From contig OZ024741.1 in assembly GCA_964016885.1 (NCBI GenBank), positions 400,458,001-400,522,000 of the forward strand: 64,000 nucleotides of DNA, given 5' to 3'. Position 1 is the first letter of the stretch; each line of letters starts with the position of its first letter. Below are positions 49,548 through 61,000 of this stretch, in pieces. A program made the position numbers and the translations under genes. The notes below the pieces were generated by a model, which saw only the letters and a list, made by a program, of their open reading frames with translations, searched no databases and was not told where the DNA came from. This stretch comes from Eledone cirrhosa (lineage: Eukaryota).

Positions 49548-50159
49548 CACCCCACTTTCCTCAAGCAAGTGTTTCGGCTCTTAATTAATGCTATTTGTTG
49601 CCTTATTGCTTCTCTTTCTACAAAATATCCTTTCATAATAAAATAATAAAATGTTAAATGAAAATTGTTACGGTTTGTATGTGGTTACACTGTCTGAGGA
49701 AACAACCACTGGGCAGATGCTATGAGCAAAACCCACCATGAGGAAACCCAGGAGTAGACTCCAGCAAGATTGTGGAATAACATCCATGAACTTGAATGGT
49801 CTCGCTTGGGGATTCAGCTGGTTGCTTTTGACTGGACTCATTGGAAGAAGTTTTTGAGGACTCTGCCCTCATGACCCTCACAGGAATATGTGAGAGAAAA
49901 AGAAGAAATGTACAAAGCAACAATTATGGTGGAAGCAGTGAATTAATTATATTGATTGGAATTTATTCCATCAAATTTGCAAGTATTTGAAATCTTAGGG
50001 AGAAGATAATAATGTCATAAATAATTTTGTCCGATTCCAGCCTACAAATTAAACATAGATAATATATTAAGGACTTTTTAGTTCTCTGTGGACTTTACTG
50101 TCAAAATTGGCCTTTTCTATTATCAAAATCACAGGCAACAAATTAGCAGGGTCATTGAA

Positions 50160-50715
50160 ATACTGAAGGTCCACACAGCTCTCAATTGAAAGTCCATGAC
50201 CAACAAACTCTCTTTGCTGCCAACAAAGAGCCCTCCACTGAAGGATCACACACAGCCCTTCACAGAAAGGCCATAACCAACAAACTCTCTTGGATTTACT
50301 ATTATCATTGCTGTTCACACAGAACTCTCAATTGAAGGATCACTTAAAACCCTCCATTGAAGTGTCACACAGAGCCCTCCATTGAAATGTCGCATAGAGC
50401 CCCCATTGAGGGTCGCACAGAGCCCTCCATTAAAGGGTCACACAGAGCTCTCCATTGAAAGGTCGCACAGAGGCCTCCAATGAAGGGTTGCACAGATTCC
50501 CCCATTGAAGGGTTGCACAGAGCCCTCCATTGAAGGGTCACACAGAACCCTTCATTGAAGGGTCACTTAAAACCCTCCATTGAAGGGTTGCACAGCACCC
50601 TCCATTGAAGAGTCACTTAGAACCCTCCATTGAAGGGTCACACACAGCCCTCCATTGAAGGGCCATAACCAACAAACTTTTTTGTATTTACTATTGTCAT
50701 TGTTGTTTACACACA
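50160..50715. repeat. 24-bp minisatellite (cacagagccctccattgaagggtc) inside a nested larger duplication
   Basis: ~14 copies at 50320-50662; spacer ggccataaccaacaaact...tttactatt..cattg at both ~50270 and ~50661. Confidence 0.88.
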
Positions 50716-50819
50716 ACCCCATAAAATTTCCTTAGCTTCCAGATTCTGCGCTGTAAAAGAATTATATTACTCACCCCAGACGAACCGTAAGGCTGATCTT
50801 ATTGTGTTTGTAAGGGGGT

Positions 50820-50997
50820 GGTGATGAATTGGCAAAATAGTGTCCATGAAATACACTGAAATATTTCATTATGACCTTCTACTGTTTGATTTCAAATCCC
50901 ACTGAAGTCAACTTTTCATGCTTCAGAGATCAATAAAATAAAGTACCAGTCAAGTACTGGGGTTGATATAATCAACTTTCCTTTCTCCCTAAAATGT
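50820..50997 (+). mobile_element. Degenerate SINE family B
   Basis: ttcaaatccc, aataaaataaagtaccagtcaagtactggggttgat. Confidence 0.7.
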
Positions 50998-51194
50998 TAG
51001 AATAGAATGGTTGAATAGCAAGTGAAATGAGACATGAAACTCCTTGTTCTCGGTAGTCTGAGATTGTGTTAGTGTAGAACCTGTAACAAATACTAGCATT
51101 CCTTTAAAAGATGAATGATGGCATTCCTTTACTACAGACTTGTTATGGAACTGATCAGTAGAAAACATACTTCTGGTGAGGTGGGTAACAGGAC

Positions 51195-51673
51195 CGTACA
51201 GTGTTTAGCAACCATCGTTGCCCTTTTTGTCCAACACTGACAAAGGAACAATGTACTAGTTTCAAGCTTATTAGCTATCGTCAGCACCGTATACCTTCCT
51301 GCCAGATGATTGAACGTCTGAAAGTATATACTTTCCTTATGCATATTAACGGCTTAATTCAGGATGTTTGTTTACAAACACACCGAGCATTATAATAAAT
51401 GTTCGGTGAATCCATACGTACATATATATATGTGTGCATGTATGTATAAATATACATGCTACTGTACGTCTGTATATATATATGTATGTACGTATACATA
51501 CTTATATTTAAGTAACAGCCATACTAAGAGTGAGAAATGAAATTTCGTTTCATTTTTTCCATTTATCGTTTTCGGTGCGCCCGGCCGATTAACTCACTCG
51601 ATATGCAAATTAGGCTACTCAGCCGTTAATATGCATAAGGAAAGTATATACTTTCAGACGTTCAATCATCTGG
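51195..51673. mobile_element. Second copy of family 5 hammerhead element with a different inversion breakpoint
   Basis: Homologous to 13515-13960 and 12640-12700; 51302-51354 is inverted at 51621-51673. Confidence 0.85.
51248..51290 (-). ncRNA. Minimal type I hammerhead motif (family 5)
   Basis: rc: acggtg-CTGACGA-tagctaataagctt-GAAA-ctaGTA-cattgt; stem I maintained through G-U pairs. Confidence 0.85.
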
Positions 51674-51901
51674 ATTGAGAGTGAAAGAGATATAGAGAGT
51701 GAGTATAAAGTCTTTGAAACTACAAAACACACTGAGTTTCATAAACACCATTTGATACTGAAAATTACTACTTCCTGTAGAAGAGAAAATGTGAAACATG
51801 TTCAGAAAAAACTTTAAACTTAAAATTTATAAACTAAAACAATGAAAAAATAAAATCTCAAATAGTATCTGAGATTTTATTATCACCCTGTTGAGGAAAA
51901 T

Positions 51902-52044
51902 ACTGGTACTTTTTTTTTATTGATCTCGAATGAATGAAAGGAAAAGTTGACCTCGTTGAGATTTGAACTCAGAGAGTAGAGATTTGAAACGAGTACCACA
52001 ACTTATTCTATCCAACATTCTAACGGCTCTGACAATTCACTGCC
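51902..52044 (-). mobile_element. Degenerate SINE family B
   Basis: gaatgaaaggaaaagttgacctcgttgagatttgaactcag is the reverse complement of the B box plus central domain. Confidence 0.72.
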
Positions 52045-52412
52045 TTATTTTAATTAATTGTTAATTTTTATTTCTAATGAGAATTCCTGTATATTTTAGT
52101 TTCTCAACAATTATTTCATTATAGAAGGGAAACTATTTTCATGATTTGAAAAGGTAAATTGAGGTTAACAGCATAAAATATCTTGTTACGGCGGGTGTTA
52201 CTGGCCATTGTCCATGGAAATACTTTTGTAGTCTTGTACGTGGGACACAGCCCCAACACCACTGTACCCTAAACCGAGAGCCCTTCATCCTCCCCCTTCC
52301 CTCTCCCATTCTTCTGTTGCCCTAGAGCCCTTGCTTTTCCCTTCCTTTTCTGTGTTTAAATATTTGTAATGTTTTTTCTAATTATTTTATAGTCATTCAT
52401 TCATGTAGTTAA

Positions 52413-52674
52413 CCCTTTGGCATTCAAACCGACCATATCCGGCCCGAATTCTCTCACCTCTTCTGTTCAAACCGGCTGTAACTGGCAACTCATACCAATG
52501 TTAAATTATTGTTCTCAAAATAAATAATATCAAAATCTCATAAATTTGATATTCATCATCATTTTACGTCCGCTTTTCCCTGCTTGCAGATAATTATGTG
52601 AGATTATTATGTAAGATAAAGTCTTTACCACGAAAATACAATAGTATATATAGAGTAATGCAAATGCTAAAGGG
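52413..52674. mobile_element. piggyBac-type MITE (262 bp) with TTAA target-site duplication
   Basis: TTAA|ccctttggcatt...aatgctaaaggg|TTAA; contains a ~36-bp SINE tail insertion at 52553-52588. Confidence 0.85.
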
Positions 52675-53044
52675 TTAACCAATAAATTGTCCTTTATCTA
52701 CCACAACTCCCTAATTTCCCGAACACAAACCTTTTTTTATTTTTTTTTTTATTAAAGTGTCCTTCTTTAAACAGTAATAATCAAAGCGAGAATTGATAAA
52801 ACCCTACTGGAAGTGACAACAAATATCTCATTTCTCTGGACCTACTTTTAAAATGTCACCATGTTGCTCTGGAAGTGGTGATACTTAAATGTAACTTCCA
52901 TTGACCCTTGTGGTATGTGGCCAATTGACCAATTATCACACTTGGTAGTGAATTGATGGTTGTTTTTCCTCTTGCTCTTATTATATAGTTTTGTGCATTA
53001 TATTTATAAGGTTCCTAACAATAATTGAATGTATTTATTATATA

Positions 53045-53560
53045 CTAGCAGTGGTACCCGGCGTTGCGCAGGATAAGGTATTTTGGAACGCGGGCTGCCA
53101 ACAGACCTAATTGTGGAAAAACTGCATGACTGGACAATATGTAAAGAAAAAAATACTCTGATGGCTGGATAATCTTTAAGATTTTCCTCGATGAAGCAGG
53201 AAAATGCAGGTTTTCACCTAATGCGGGCCCTAGGCATAAAAAAGTTGGATGTTCTTTGCTCACGGTATGAAGAAGAGACTGACTAATACATAGTTACAAT
53301 TTTAAGAAAATCAGTCTAACATAACGACTACCCCCCCCCCTAAACCTAAAAAGCTGAAAAAAACGCAGTTTTTCACCTAATGCGGGCCCTAGGGGATCAA
53401 AAGGTTGAATTTGTTTATGTGCATAACACTCCCTGAAACATAAGTTATACACATGTAAAGTTTGAAAAAAATCGGTTGGGTACTTCTTGAGGTTTAGGGA
53501 TTCAAACTCACAGACACACACACACAGGCCGACAGACATCCTCAGTTTTATATATATAGA
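53045..53560 (-). mobile_element. Non-autonomous Helitron (516 bp)
   Basis: rc begins TCtatatatataaaactgaggatgtctgt and ends gcaacgccgggtaccactgCTAG; A^T insertion site, no TSD. Confidence 0.92.
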
Positions 53561-53583
53561 TGTCTATATTATATATATTATAT

Positions 53584-53786
53584 TGGTAGTATCGGTAGAG
53601 GGCTGGACACCATACTTTGCAGCATAGAGTTATGGCCCTTTATGATCTGAGTTCAAATGCCGCCGAGGTTAACTTTACCTTTCATCCTTACGGAGTCGAT
53701 AAAATAAAGAACCAGTCACGCACTGGGGTCGATTTAATCCCCCAAACTTGCTGGCCTTGTGCCTAAATCAGAAACCATTATTATTA
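53584..53786 (+). mobile_element. SINE family B, near full length
   Basis: gagttcaaatgcc, ttaactttacctttcatccttacggagtcgataaaataaag, tail gctggccttgtgcc. Confidence 0.82.
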
Positions 53787-53974
53787 ATAAGAAACCAATA
53801 AGTGGGGAGTAAGTGAGAGAGGGGTTAAGTGAAGGTGGTGTAAATGAGGGTGGGGTGGAATAAGTGGGGATATGTGCGTGTGGAATAGGGGGAGGAGAAA
53901 TAAGGGGAGGGGGTAGAATGAGTGGGGGGTTTGAATAAGTGGGAAGATTGGAAAATCATTAATTTTTCTAGGTT

Positions 53975-54316
53975 ATCATCATCATCATCATCATTTTACG
54001 TCCGCTTTTCCCTGCTTCCAAGGGTGGGACGGGAACTGATTCTGGCTTGATTTCTACAGCCGGATGCCCTTCCTAACACCAACCTCATTTACAGTGAGTG
54101 CTGGGTGCTTTTTTGCCGTGGAACCTCCACGACCACTTTACAGTGGAATGATAGGGACCTTAGTCCCTATCATCTCATTTCTACAGCTGAGTAAACTGGA
54201 GCAATGTGAAATAAAGTGTCTTGCTCAAGGAAACAACACATCACCCGGTCTGAGAATTGAACTCACAACCTTTCGATTGCAAGCCCAATGCTCTAACCAC
54301 TAAGCCATGTGCCTCC
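53975..54316 (-). mobile_element. Full-length SINE family A
   Basis: Reverse complement closely matches 1957-2305, including A and B boxes. Confidence 0.92.
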
Positions 54317-54714
54317 ATTGATATTTAAAAAAAAACAGAATTAGTCATTTAGTTTACATATTGAGATCCCAACCCATCCTATTTATTTGATAACCTATGG
54401 GATTTCTAGTAATGTACTGTTTTTGCTATGTACGTGTTTTAATGTCTAAATAACGTTTATTGTCGCTGGAATGCTACCACTTAAAATAATATTTCACTGG
54501 AGATAGATTAGTAAAAGTTAGTAAAGGGGTCGGAAGGTCTGGATAAGAGAGGTGGGGGTGATAAAAATCTGAAAAATTAATAAATACTTGAGTGGGTGGG
54601 TGGTGGTGGGGGGGCATTATTTGAGACCCAAGAACAGAGGAAACGGCATGATAATGTATAACCCATATATGGAAACTTCTGGAAGTTAGTAGAATCAAGA
54701 AGATGATCCCAGTT

Positions 54715-55471
54715 CTGGGATCATCTTAACTCGGAGGTACATGATATTACATCTGAACCTGGGATCATCTTAACTAAGAGATACATGATATTACATCTGA
54801 ACCTGGGATCATCTTAACTAAGAGGTACATGATATTATATCTGAACCTGGGATCATCTTAACTAGGAGGTACATGATATTACATCTGAACCTGGGATCAT
54901 CTTAACTAAGAGGTATATGATATTACATCTGAACCTGGGATCATCTTAACTAAGAGCTACATGATATTACATCTGAACCTGGGATCATCTTAACTAAGAG
55001 GTACATGATATTACATCTGAACCTGGGATCATCTTAACTAAGAGGTACATGATATTACATCTGAACCTGGGATCATCTTAACTAAGAGGTACATGATATT
55101 ATATCTGAACCTGGGATCATCTTAACTAGGAGGTACATGATATTACATCTGAACCTGGGATCATCTTAACTAAGAGGTACATGATATTACATCTGAACCT
55201 GGGATCATCTTAACTAAGAGCTACATGATATTACATCTGAACCTGGGATCATCTTAACTAAGAGGTACATGATATTACATCTGAACCTGGGATCATCTTA
55301 ACTAAGAGGTACATGATATTACATCTGAACCTGGGATCATCTTAACTAAGAGCTACATGATATTACATCTGAACCTGGGATCATCTTAACTAAGAGGTAC
55401 ATGATATCACATCTGAACCTGGGATCATCTTAACTAAGAGGTACATGATATTACATCTGAACCTGGGATCA
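54715..55471. repeat. 44-bp minisatellite, ~17 near-identical copies
   Basis: ctgggatcatcttaactaagaggtacatgatattacatctgaac; the last monomer resumes at 63494 after the Helitron. Confidence 0.97.
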
Positions 55472-56360
55472 TCTATATATATAAAACAGAAGATGTCTGT
55501 GTAACCGCATGCATTTCTACATTTTACAACCGATTTGCACCAAATTTCATACAAAGGTTTCTGAAGTCCTATTACGCGTCGTATGCTATTTTAGGTAATT
55601 GTGCCCCCCCCCCCCCCCCCAGGAGCAGATAACCCCCTTAAGCCGCTCGCTTGGAGTAAGCAGTACTACTGCATAAAGGCCCCATAATTCCTGTAGTTTG
55701 CCTCCCATCTTCATCAAAATTAATCTTTTGTTTGCTTATGGCCTACAAATAAATTTGCAGGCATGCACTTGCGCAGAAATTCAGGTAGGGGACGCCTTGG
55801 GGGGTGGGGGGGTGGGGGGGGGGGCAGTAAACCGACTTGAATGTTGAAGTTGATATCATCAATACAACAAAGCGTCATAACTGCGTGAGTTGGTGTTTGG
55901 TATTCACGAAGCGAGACGTATTGGTTACCCAAGGCTTATAAAGGAAGGTGAACACATGAACTTTTACTTGAACTTATCAATGGGACCGGGGGGAGGGCAG
56001 TAATCCCCTTCGACTTATCTATTGAAGTTCACATTAACACTGTATTAGTACCTGATAACCTTTGAAGTTTACGTTCGATTTTAACTTTACTGGACACATT
56101 GGTTACCCATTGCCTAAAGATGATGTTGAAGACACTGTCTATACCCGGAACAAGCAAGGGGACCACCTGGAGGCAGTAAGCCCCGGCGAGTCATTTATTG
56201 AATTTGGCTATTGTAATGCAGCAAAGCGTCGTAGCTTCGATAATTGGTAGTCCAATAAAACGAATTTCGACTGAGTTGTTATTCATGGAATAGCGAATAT
56301 TTAAATACCCCTGACTTAACTTTAGTTTGTTTAGTTAACTTTAGGATGATTGAATTTAAA

Positions 56361-56620
56361 TTTGCACTCGGTTGTCTCCCCCGTGTAATTGCACCACAAT
56401 TAAGTGCGGAATGGGGAGTTAAATCTTTTTCCTTGAACTTTGGCGTCATTTCACACTCCTAACCAAGAAAACGCGATTTAACCCAGGTGTAAATTTTAAC
56501 GCCTACTGTATGTGGATTGTGCTATTTCCCACTCATGCCTAAACTGTGTAAATGATTGATTAGTTTTTGCACCCGGTTGTCTCCCCCGTTTAATTGCACC
56601 TCAATTAAGTGCGAAATGGC
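56361..56620 (+). repeat. Two ~55-bp direct repeats within the Helitron 5' region
   Basis: tttgcac[tc]cggttgtctcccccgt[gt]taattgcacc[at]caattaagtgcg at 56361 and 56566. Confidence 0.8.
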
Positions 56621-56688
56621 GACCTCTGGCCCACCACACATCAGTTAGTTGTGTTCAGCAGATTTCATCACACTTATTTGTATTATCT

Positions 56689-56800
56689 AACCAATCAGAC
56701 AACTCAAGTGTTGTTCATTGAGCGAAATCACTCCTATTTATATCGGTCAAGTCCGACCTAAGATCACACTTCTTTTTTTGGCTTTTGACAAGTGGTAGGT
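56689..56800 (+). promoter_or_regulatory. Possible Helitron Pol II promoter (CCAAT, TATA-like, Inr-like, then splice donor)
   Basis: aaccaatcag at 56689, tatttata at ~56734, tcacact ~30 bp later, G|GTAGGT at ~56795; motif spacing only. Confidence 0.3.
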
Positions 56801-56951
56801 TTTTTTTACAAGCGTACTCTCACAAGCTACCCCATGTTTCTGAAACGCATGCTTCTTCAACATTTGTCACCTTAAAGGAGGTTTAGTTAATGTGTTTATG
56901 GCTATAAGGTTCCACTTTTGCCTGTATCCTTTCAATGGTTAATACTTACTT

Positions 56952-57150
56952 ATTATCTCAGGTCACTCTTGAGTGCTACTGGTAACATGTAAACCAGTAC
57001 AACCTGTCGCATGGTCGGGTCGCTGGCGACTAAACTGGCAACCCCACCAAGTTTATTTGGTGAGGAGGGTGATTTTGGACACCCTGCAGGACAAAAAACA
57101 AAACCTGAAAAAGGGCGGAAGAACTCATAAGAGTCAACGGCCATCCAAAA
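56952..57150 (+). mobile_element. Structured repeat fragment inside the Helitron, homologous to 13143-13341
   Basis: caggtcac..gtgctact[ag]gtaacatgta..ccagtacaacctgtc[gt]catggtcgggtcg[ct]tggcgactaaactg is shared. Confidence 0.8.
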
Positions 57151-57210
57151 ATGTGTAAATATGTATATACACATGTACATATGAATGTATATGTATATAC
57201 GTGTGTATAT

Positions 57211-57700
57211 GCCTGGGTGTCAGGGAAGGGCATGTACCTCTGTAGGGGGGGGGGGGGTGACCATGCCCTTTTCAGGACAGCTCGTTCTGCATTGGGTCCC
57301 ACCTGACACTCAGCTCTCACCTGTGGCCCCAAGAAGCTGTAGCATGCGACAGCAGCCACACCCTGGTAAACCGCCTTGGCTGGTGGGCCGAACCAGGTTG
57401 AGGGTAGCCGGACAGGTCTGAAACCTCCCGGTGAGTTAGATAGGGGATGCCTGTCCCTGCATGCGAATACTGGACCCGCCGGAGTGAGTGGAGGAGGACA
57501 ACATCGTCCCAACAGTCACGAAGACGGCAAGGCACTACAGACATCGCGGTCATCCACTGCAGCCAAGGAAGTCCCTGGTCGTGACGGTCCTCCGTACCAC
57601 CGAATTCTGGCTTCTACGGCCGAGTGAGTGGGGCCGTCACTGTGCACTGGCCCTCCCACTATAAACCTTTCCCGCACAGGTTTCTTCTTTAGCGTGCACT
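57211..57700 (+). mobile_element. Probable RTE/BovB-like 5' UTR fragment nested in the Helitron
   Basis: GC-rich island after a (TG/TA)n tract; ctcacctgtggc...agcagccacaccc...aaccaggttgagggtagcc resembles RTE 5' UTRs from recall (not verified). Confidence 0.5.
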
Positions 57701-58078
57701 CCCAAAGCCCTGCGGCGATGGATCGGCCTCCACAGCCACCTTCGTGGCCACGGCAGACGGGAACTAAAATAAAGAAGATGTCATCATCGTTTACGATGGA
57801 CAACCAAGAGGCTTACTTATTGCTATGTTCGAACTGAACAAACATACTGACACTTATATACCTACCACTGTAGCCACACTATTTAATTTCCTTTAGCGTT
57901 GCCCCTAACTTAAAACCTGAAATTTGACTGGTACGCAAAATCTTGCAAAACATACCCACTTTCTCAGACCACATAGTTTTATCACATTTTTCACAATTTA
58001 TATCCGTGTTTAGATTTGCTTACTTAAACGTTATTTGTCCACTATTTATCGTTCTCCCTGGTTAATTTTCTAAAAGCA

Positions 58079-61000
58079 ATGCCCCCCCCCCCGAAAAGAA
58101 GTTTCATTGGTTGATTATCTAATGATGCAAGTAGGTCTAAGCGAAGGCGTCTCACCGAAGATGTAAATGCGACTGCGATCAGGCCCTCACAGAATGCTGT
58201 GCAGACGGCAGCTGCAAGAGCGGAGGAGGATGACAGTCGGCGTGAACTTCGACGGAACAAAGATGCTGCCGCGACTGCTGCTGCTCGCGCTCGAGCGGAT
58301 GAAGGACGACGTGCCGTTTAACAAAGCAGGGTCGCCGGTGCAACATCCGTTGCTCGCGCTCGAGAGGATGAAGGACGACGTGCCGTTTAACAAAGCAGGG
58401 TCGCCGGTGCAACATCCGTTGCTCGCGCTCGAGAGGATGAAGGACGACGTGCCGTTTAACAAAGCAGGGTCGCCGGTGCAACATCCGTTGCTCGCGCTCA
58501 AGAGAATGAAGGACGACGTGCCGTTCGACGAAGCAGGGTCGCCGGTGCAACATCCGTTGCTCGCGCTCGAGAGGATGAAGGACGACGCGCCGTTCGACGA
58601 AGCAGGGACGCCGCTGCCACTGCTGCTGCACGAAATACTGAAACCATAGAGCAACGACGTGGCTGACTTCTGCAAAGTGAACAGCGGCGATCATCGTTAC
58701 GTGGCATTTCTAGGACTTGCAATTCACGATGGTTGTTGAAGGCCTTTAACTACGACCCCTCTTCTGACTACGCCGTCCATGCAGATATTCAAATTGGGGA
58801 AATGACCTCTACTTGCCAGTTTTGTCGTACGAAAAAGTGGTCAGGGGAGAGCGATGGAATGTGCTGTTCAAACGGTAAAGTTAGACTACCTCCTATTCAC
58901 GACCCTCCAGAGACATTGCAGCTCCTATTGACAGACACGACGGAGGAATCATCGAAGTTTCTGTGTAAAATCCGCCGCTACAATTCCGCGTTTCAGATGA
59001 CATCCTTCGTAACAAAGCTTGCCTCGGAACGTGGGTTCATGCCAACTTTCAAGGTCCAGGGCAGATCTACCACTTGATTGGGTCTATTCAGCCTCTGGCA
59101 GAAAAGTATCCTCAATTTCTTCAGTTATACTTCGTTGGAAACTATCAGGAGCAGGCAGATATGCGAAACTCTATTTTGTCCGAAACTAACATTGAAACCA
59201 TAAGAAATGCTTCATGATAAAAACAGCTATGTTCGCAGTTTCAAGTACGCTTTGGAAACAGTCACCGACCCAAACTTTAGTGTGGTCATACATGCTGACC
59301 GAAGGCCATCTGGAGAACACGCTGGTCGGTTCAACGCACCAACATGTAATGAGATTGCTGCGGTTATTTGTGGTGAACAGCACAAGGGAGATATCATTCT
59401 AAAGCACCGAGAGAGCACATTACAGCGTATCAATGAGACACACAGGTCCTACGATGCACTCCAGTATCCATTGCTATTTGTCAACAGCGAGGACGGATAC
59501 CATTTCGGCATTCCTCAACATTCGGCAGGCAATGGTGAGGCACATCTTAGCAAAACTGTCACCTGCATGGATTTCTACGCTTTCCGATTTGTGGTAAGGG
59601 ACAATTCATTCAACCATCTAAACCGTTCTCGGGACCTTTTCCAACAATTTGCTGTTGATATGGCCGTTAAAATGGAGTCCGAGAGATTATGGTTCATTAA
59701 ATTAAATCAAAAGAAACTTCGATCTGAATGCTACATTCATCTACGCGATGGAATTAACAACGACGTATCCCCAGACAATTTAGGGCAAGTGTGTATTTTG
59801 CCTTCAACGTTCACAGGGGGACCCCGATACATGCACGAGAGGACTCAGGACACCATGACTTACGTACGACATTATGGGCGCCCCGACCTTTTCGTAACGT
59901 TTACATGCAATCCCAAGGTCAAGCGCCAAAACACAGGCATGATCTCATAGCAAGAGGGTTTCGCCTGAAATTATCCAAATTAATGGATTTATTAAAGAAA
60001 GGACAGGTTTAGGGGCCTGTCAGGTGCGACATGTACACGGTTGAATGGCAGAAACGAGGGCTGCCGCATGCCCATATCTTGATTTGGTTGGTTACAAAAA
60101 TCAGTTCAAACTACATCGACAAATTCATTTCTGCCGAACTACCTGATCCGTCGATTGACAAGGACCTCTTCTCTATAGTCACATCAAACATGGTCCATGG
60201 TCCTTGCGGACATGGACTCAATATGAAGTCCCCGTGCATACACGACGGAAAGTGTACAAAACGATATCCCAGGCCGTTTTTACAGGAAACACAGACTGGC
60301 GGTGACGGATATCCGTTGTATAGGCGCAGGAGACCTGAAGACGGTGGGTTCACAGCAAAAGTTGGCGAACGCGAAATCGACAACAGCTGGATAGTGCCAT
60401 ATTGCCCCCTCCTCTTGAAAGCGTTCAAGGCCCATATAAACGTCGAATTTTGCAACTCAGTAAAATCAATTAAATATGTTTGTAAGTACGTAAACAAGGG
60501 ATCGGATGCTGCCGTCTTTGGTCTTCGTCATGAAAACAGTAGAGATGAGGTATCTGATTATCAAGCAGGCCGATACATTAGCAGCAATGACGCCTTTTTG
60601 GATCATTTTTGCCTTCCCACTGCACCAACGACACCCCGTCATTAAACAACTTGCCGTTCACCTTGAAAACGGTCAACGGGTGTATTTCAACGATGCAACA
60701 GCTGCTCAGCTAGCGATCTCACCAAAGGAAACTACACTCACCGCTTTTTTCAAACTTTGTCAACACGACGACTTCGCTCGAACTCTGCTGTATTCTGAAA
60801 TACCGTCTTACTATACATGGAACCGGACAAGATGGCTACGAAGGAAGGTAGGGCAAGAGGTGGTTGGACATCCAGGCATCAAATTCGACAATTGCCTTGG
60901 GCCAGTTTATACGGTCCACCCTACCCAACACGAATGCTTCTACCTGCGACTTCTGCTTCATGAGGTAAGAGGGCTGACCAGCTTCACTCATATGAGAACC

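Noticed and set aside
14556-49588. Hundreds of ORFs (up to 721 aa) as real genes
   Set aside because: The 42-bp consensus is stop-free in most frames; overlapping ORFs on both strands, frequent stops and 1-nt indels
49720-49923. Possible minus-strand exon after a pyrimidine tract
   Set aside because: No recognisable domain, no convincing splice pair, no partner exons
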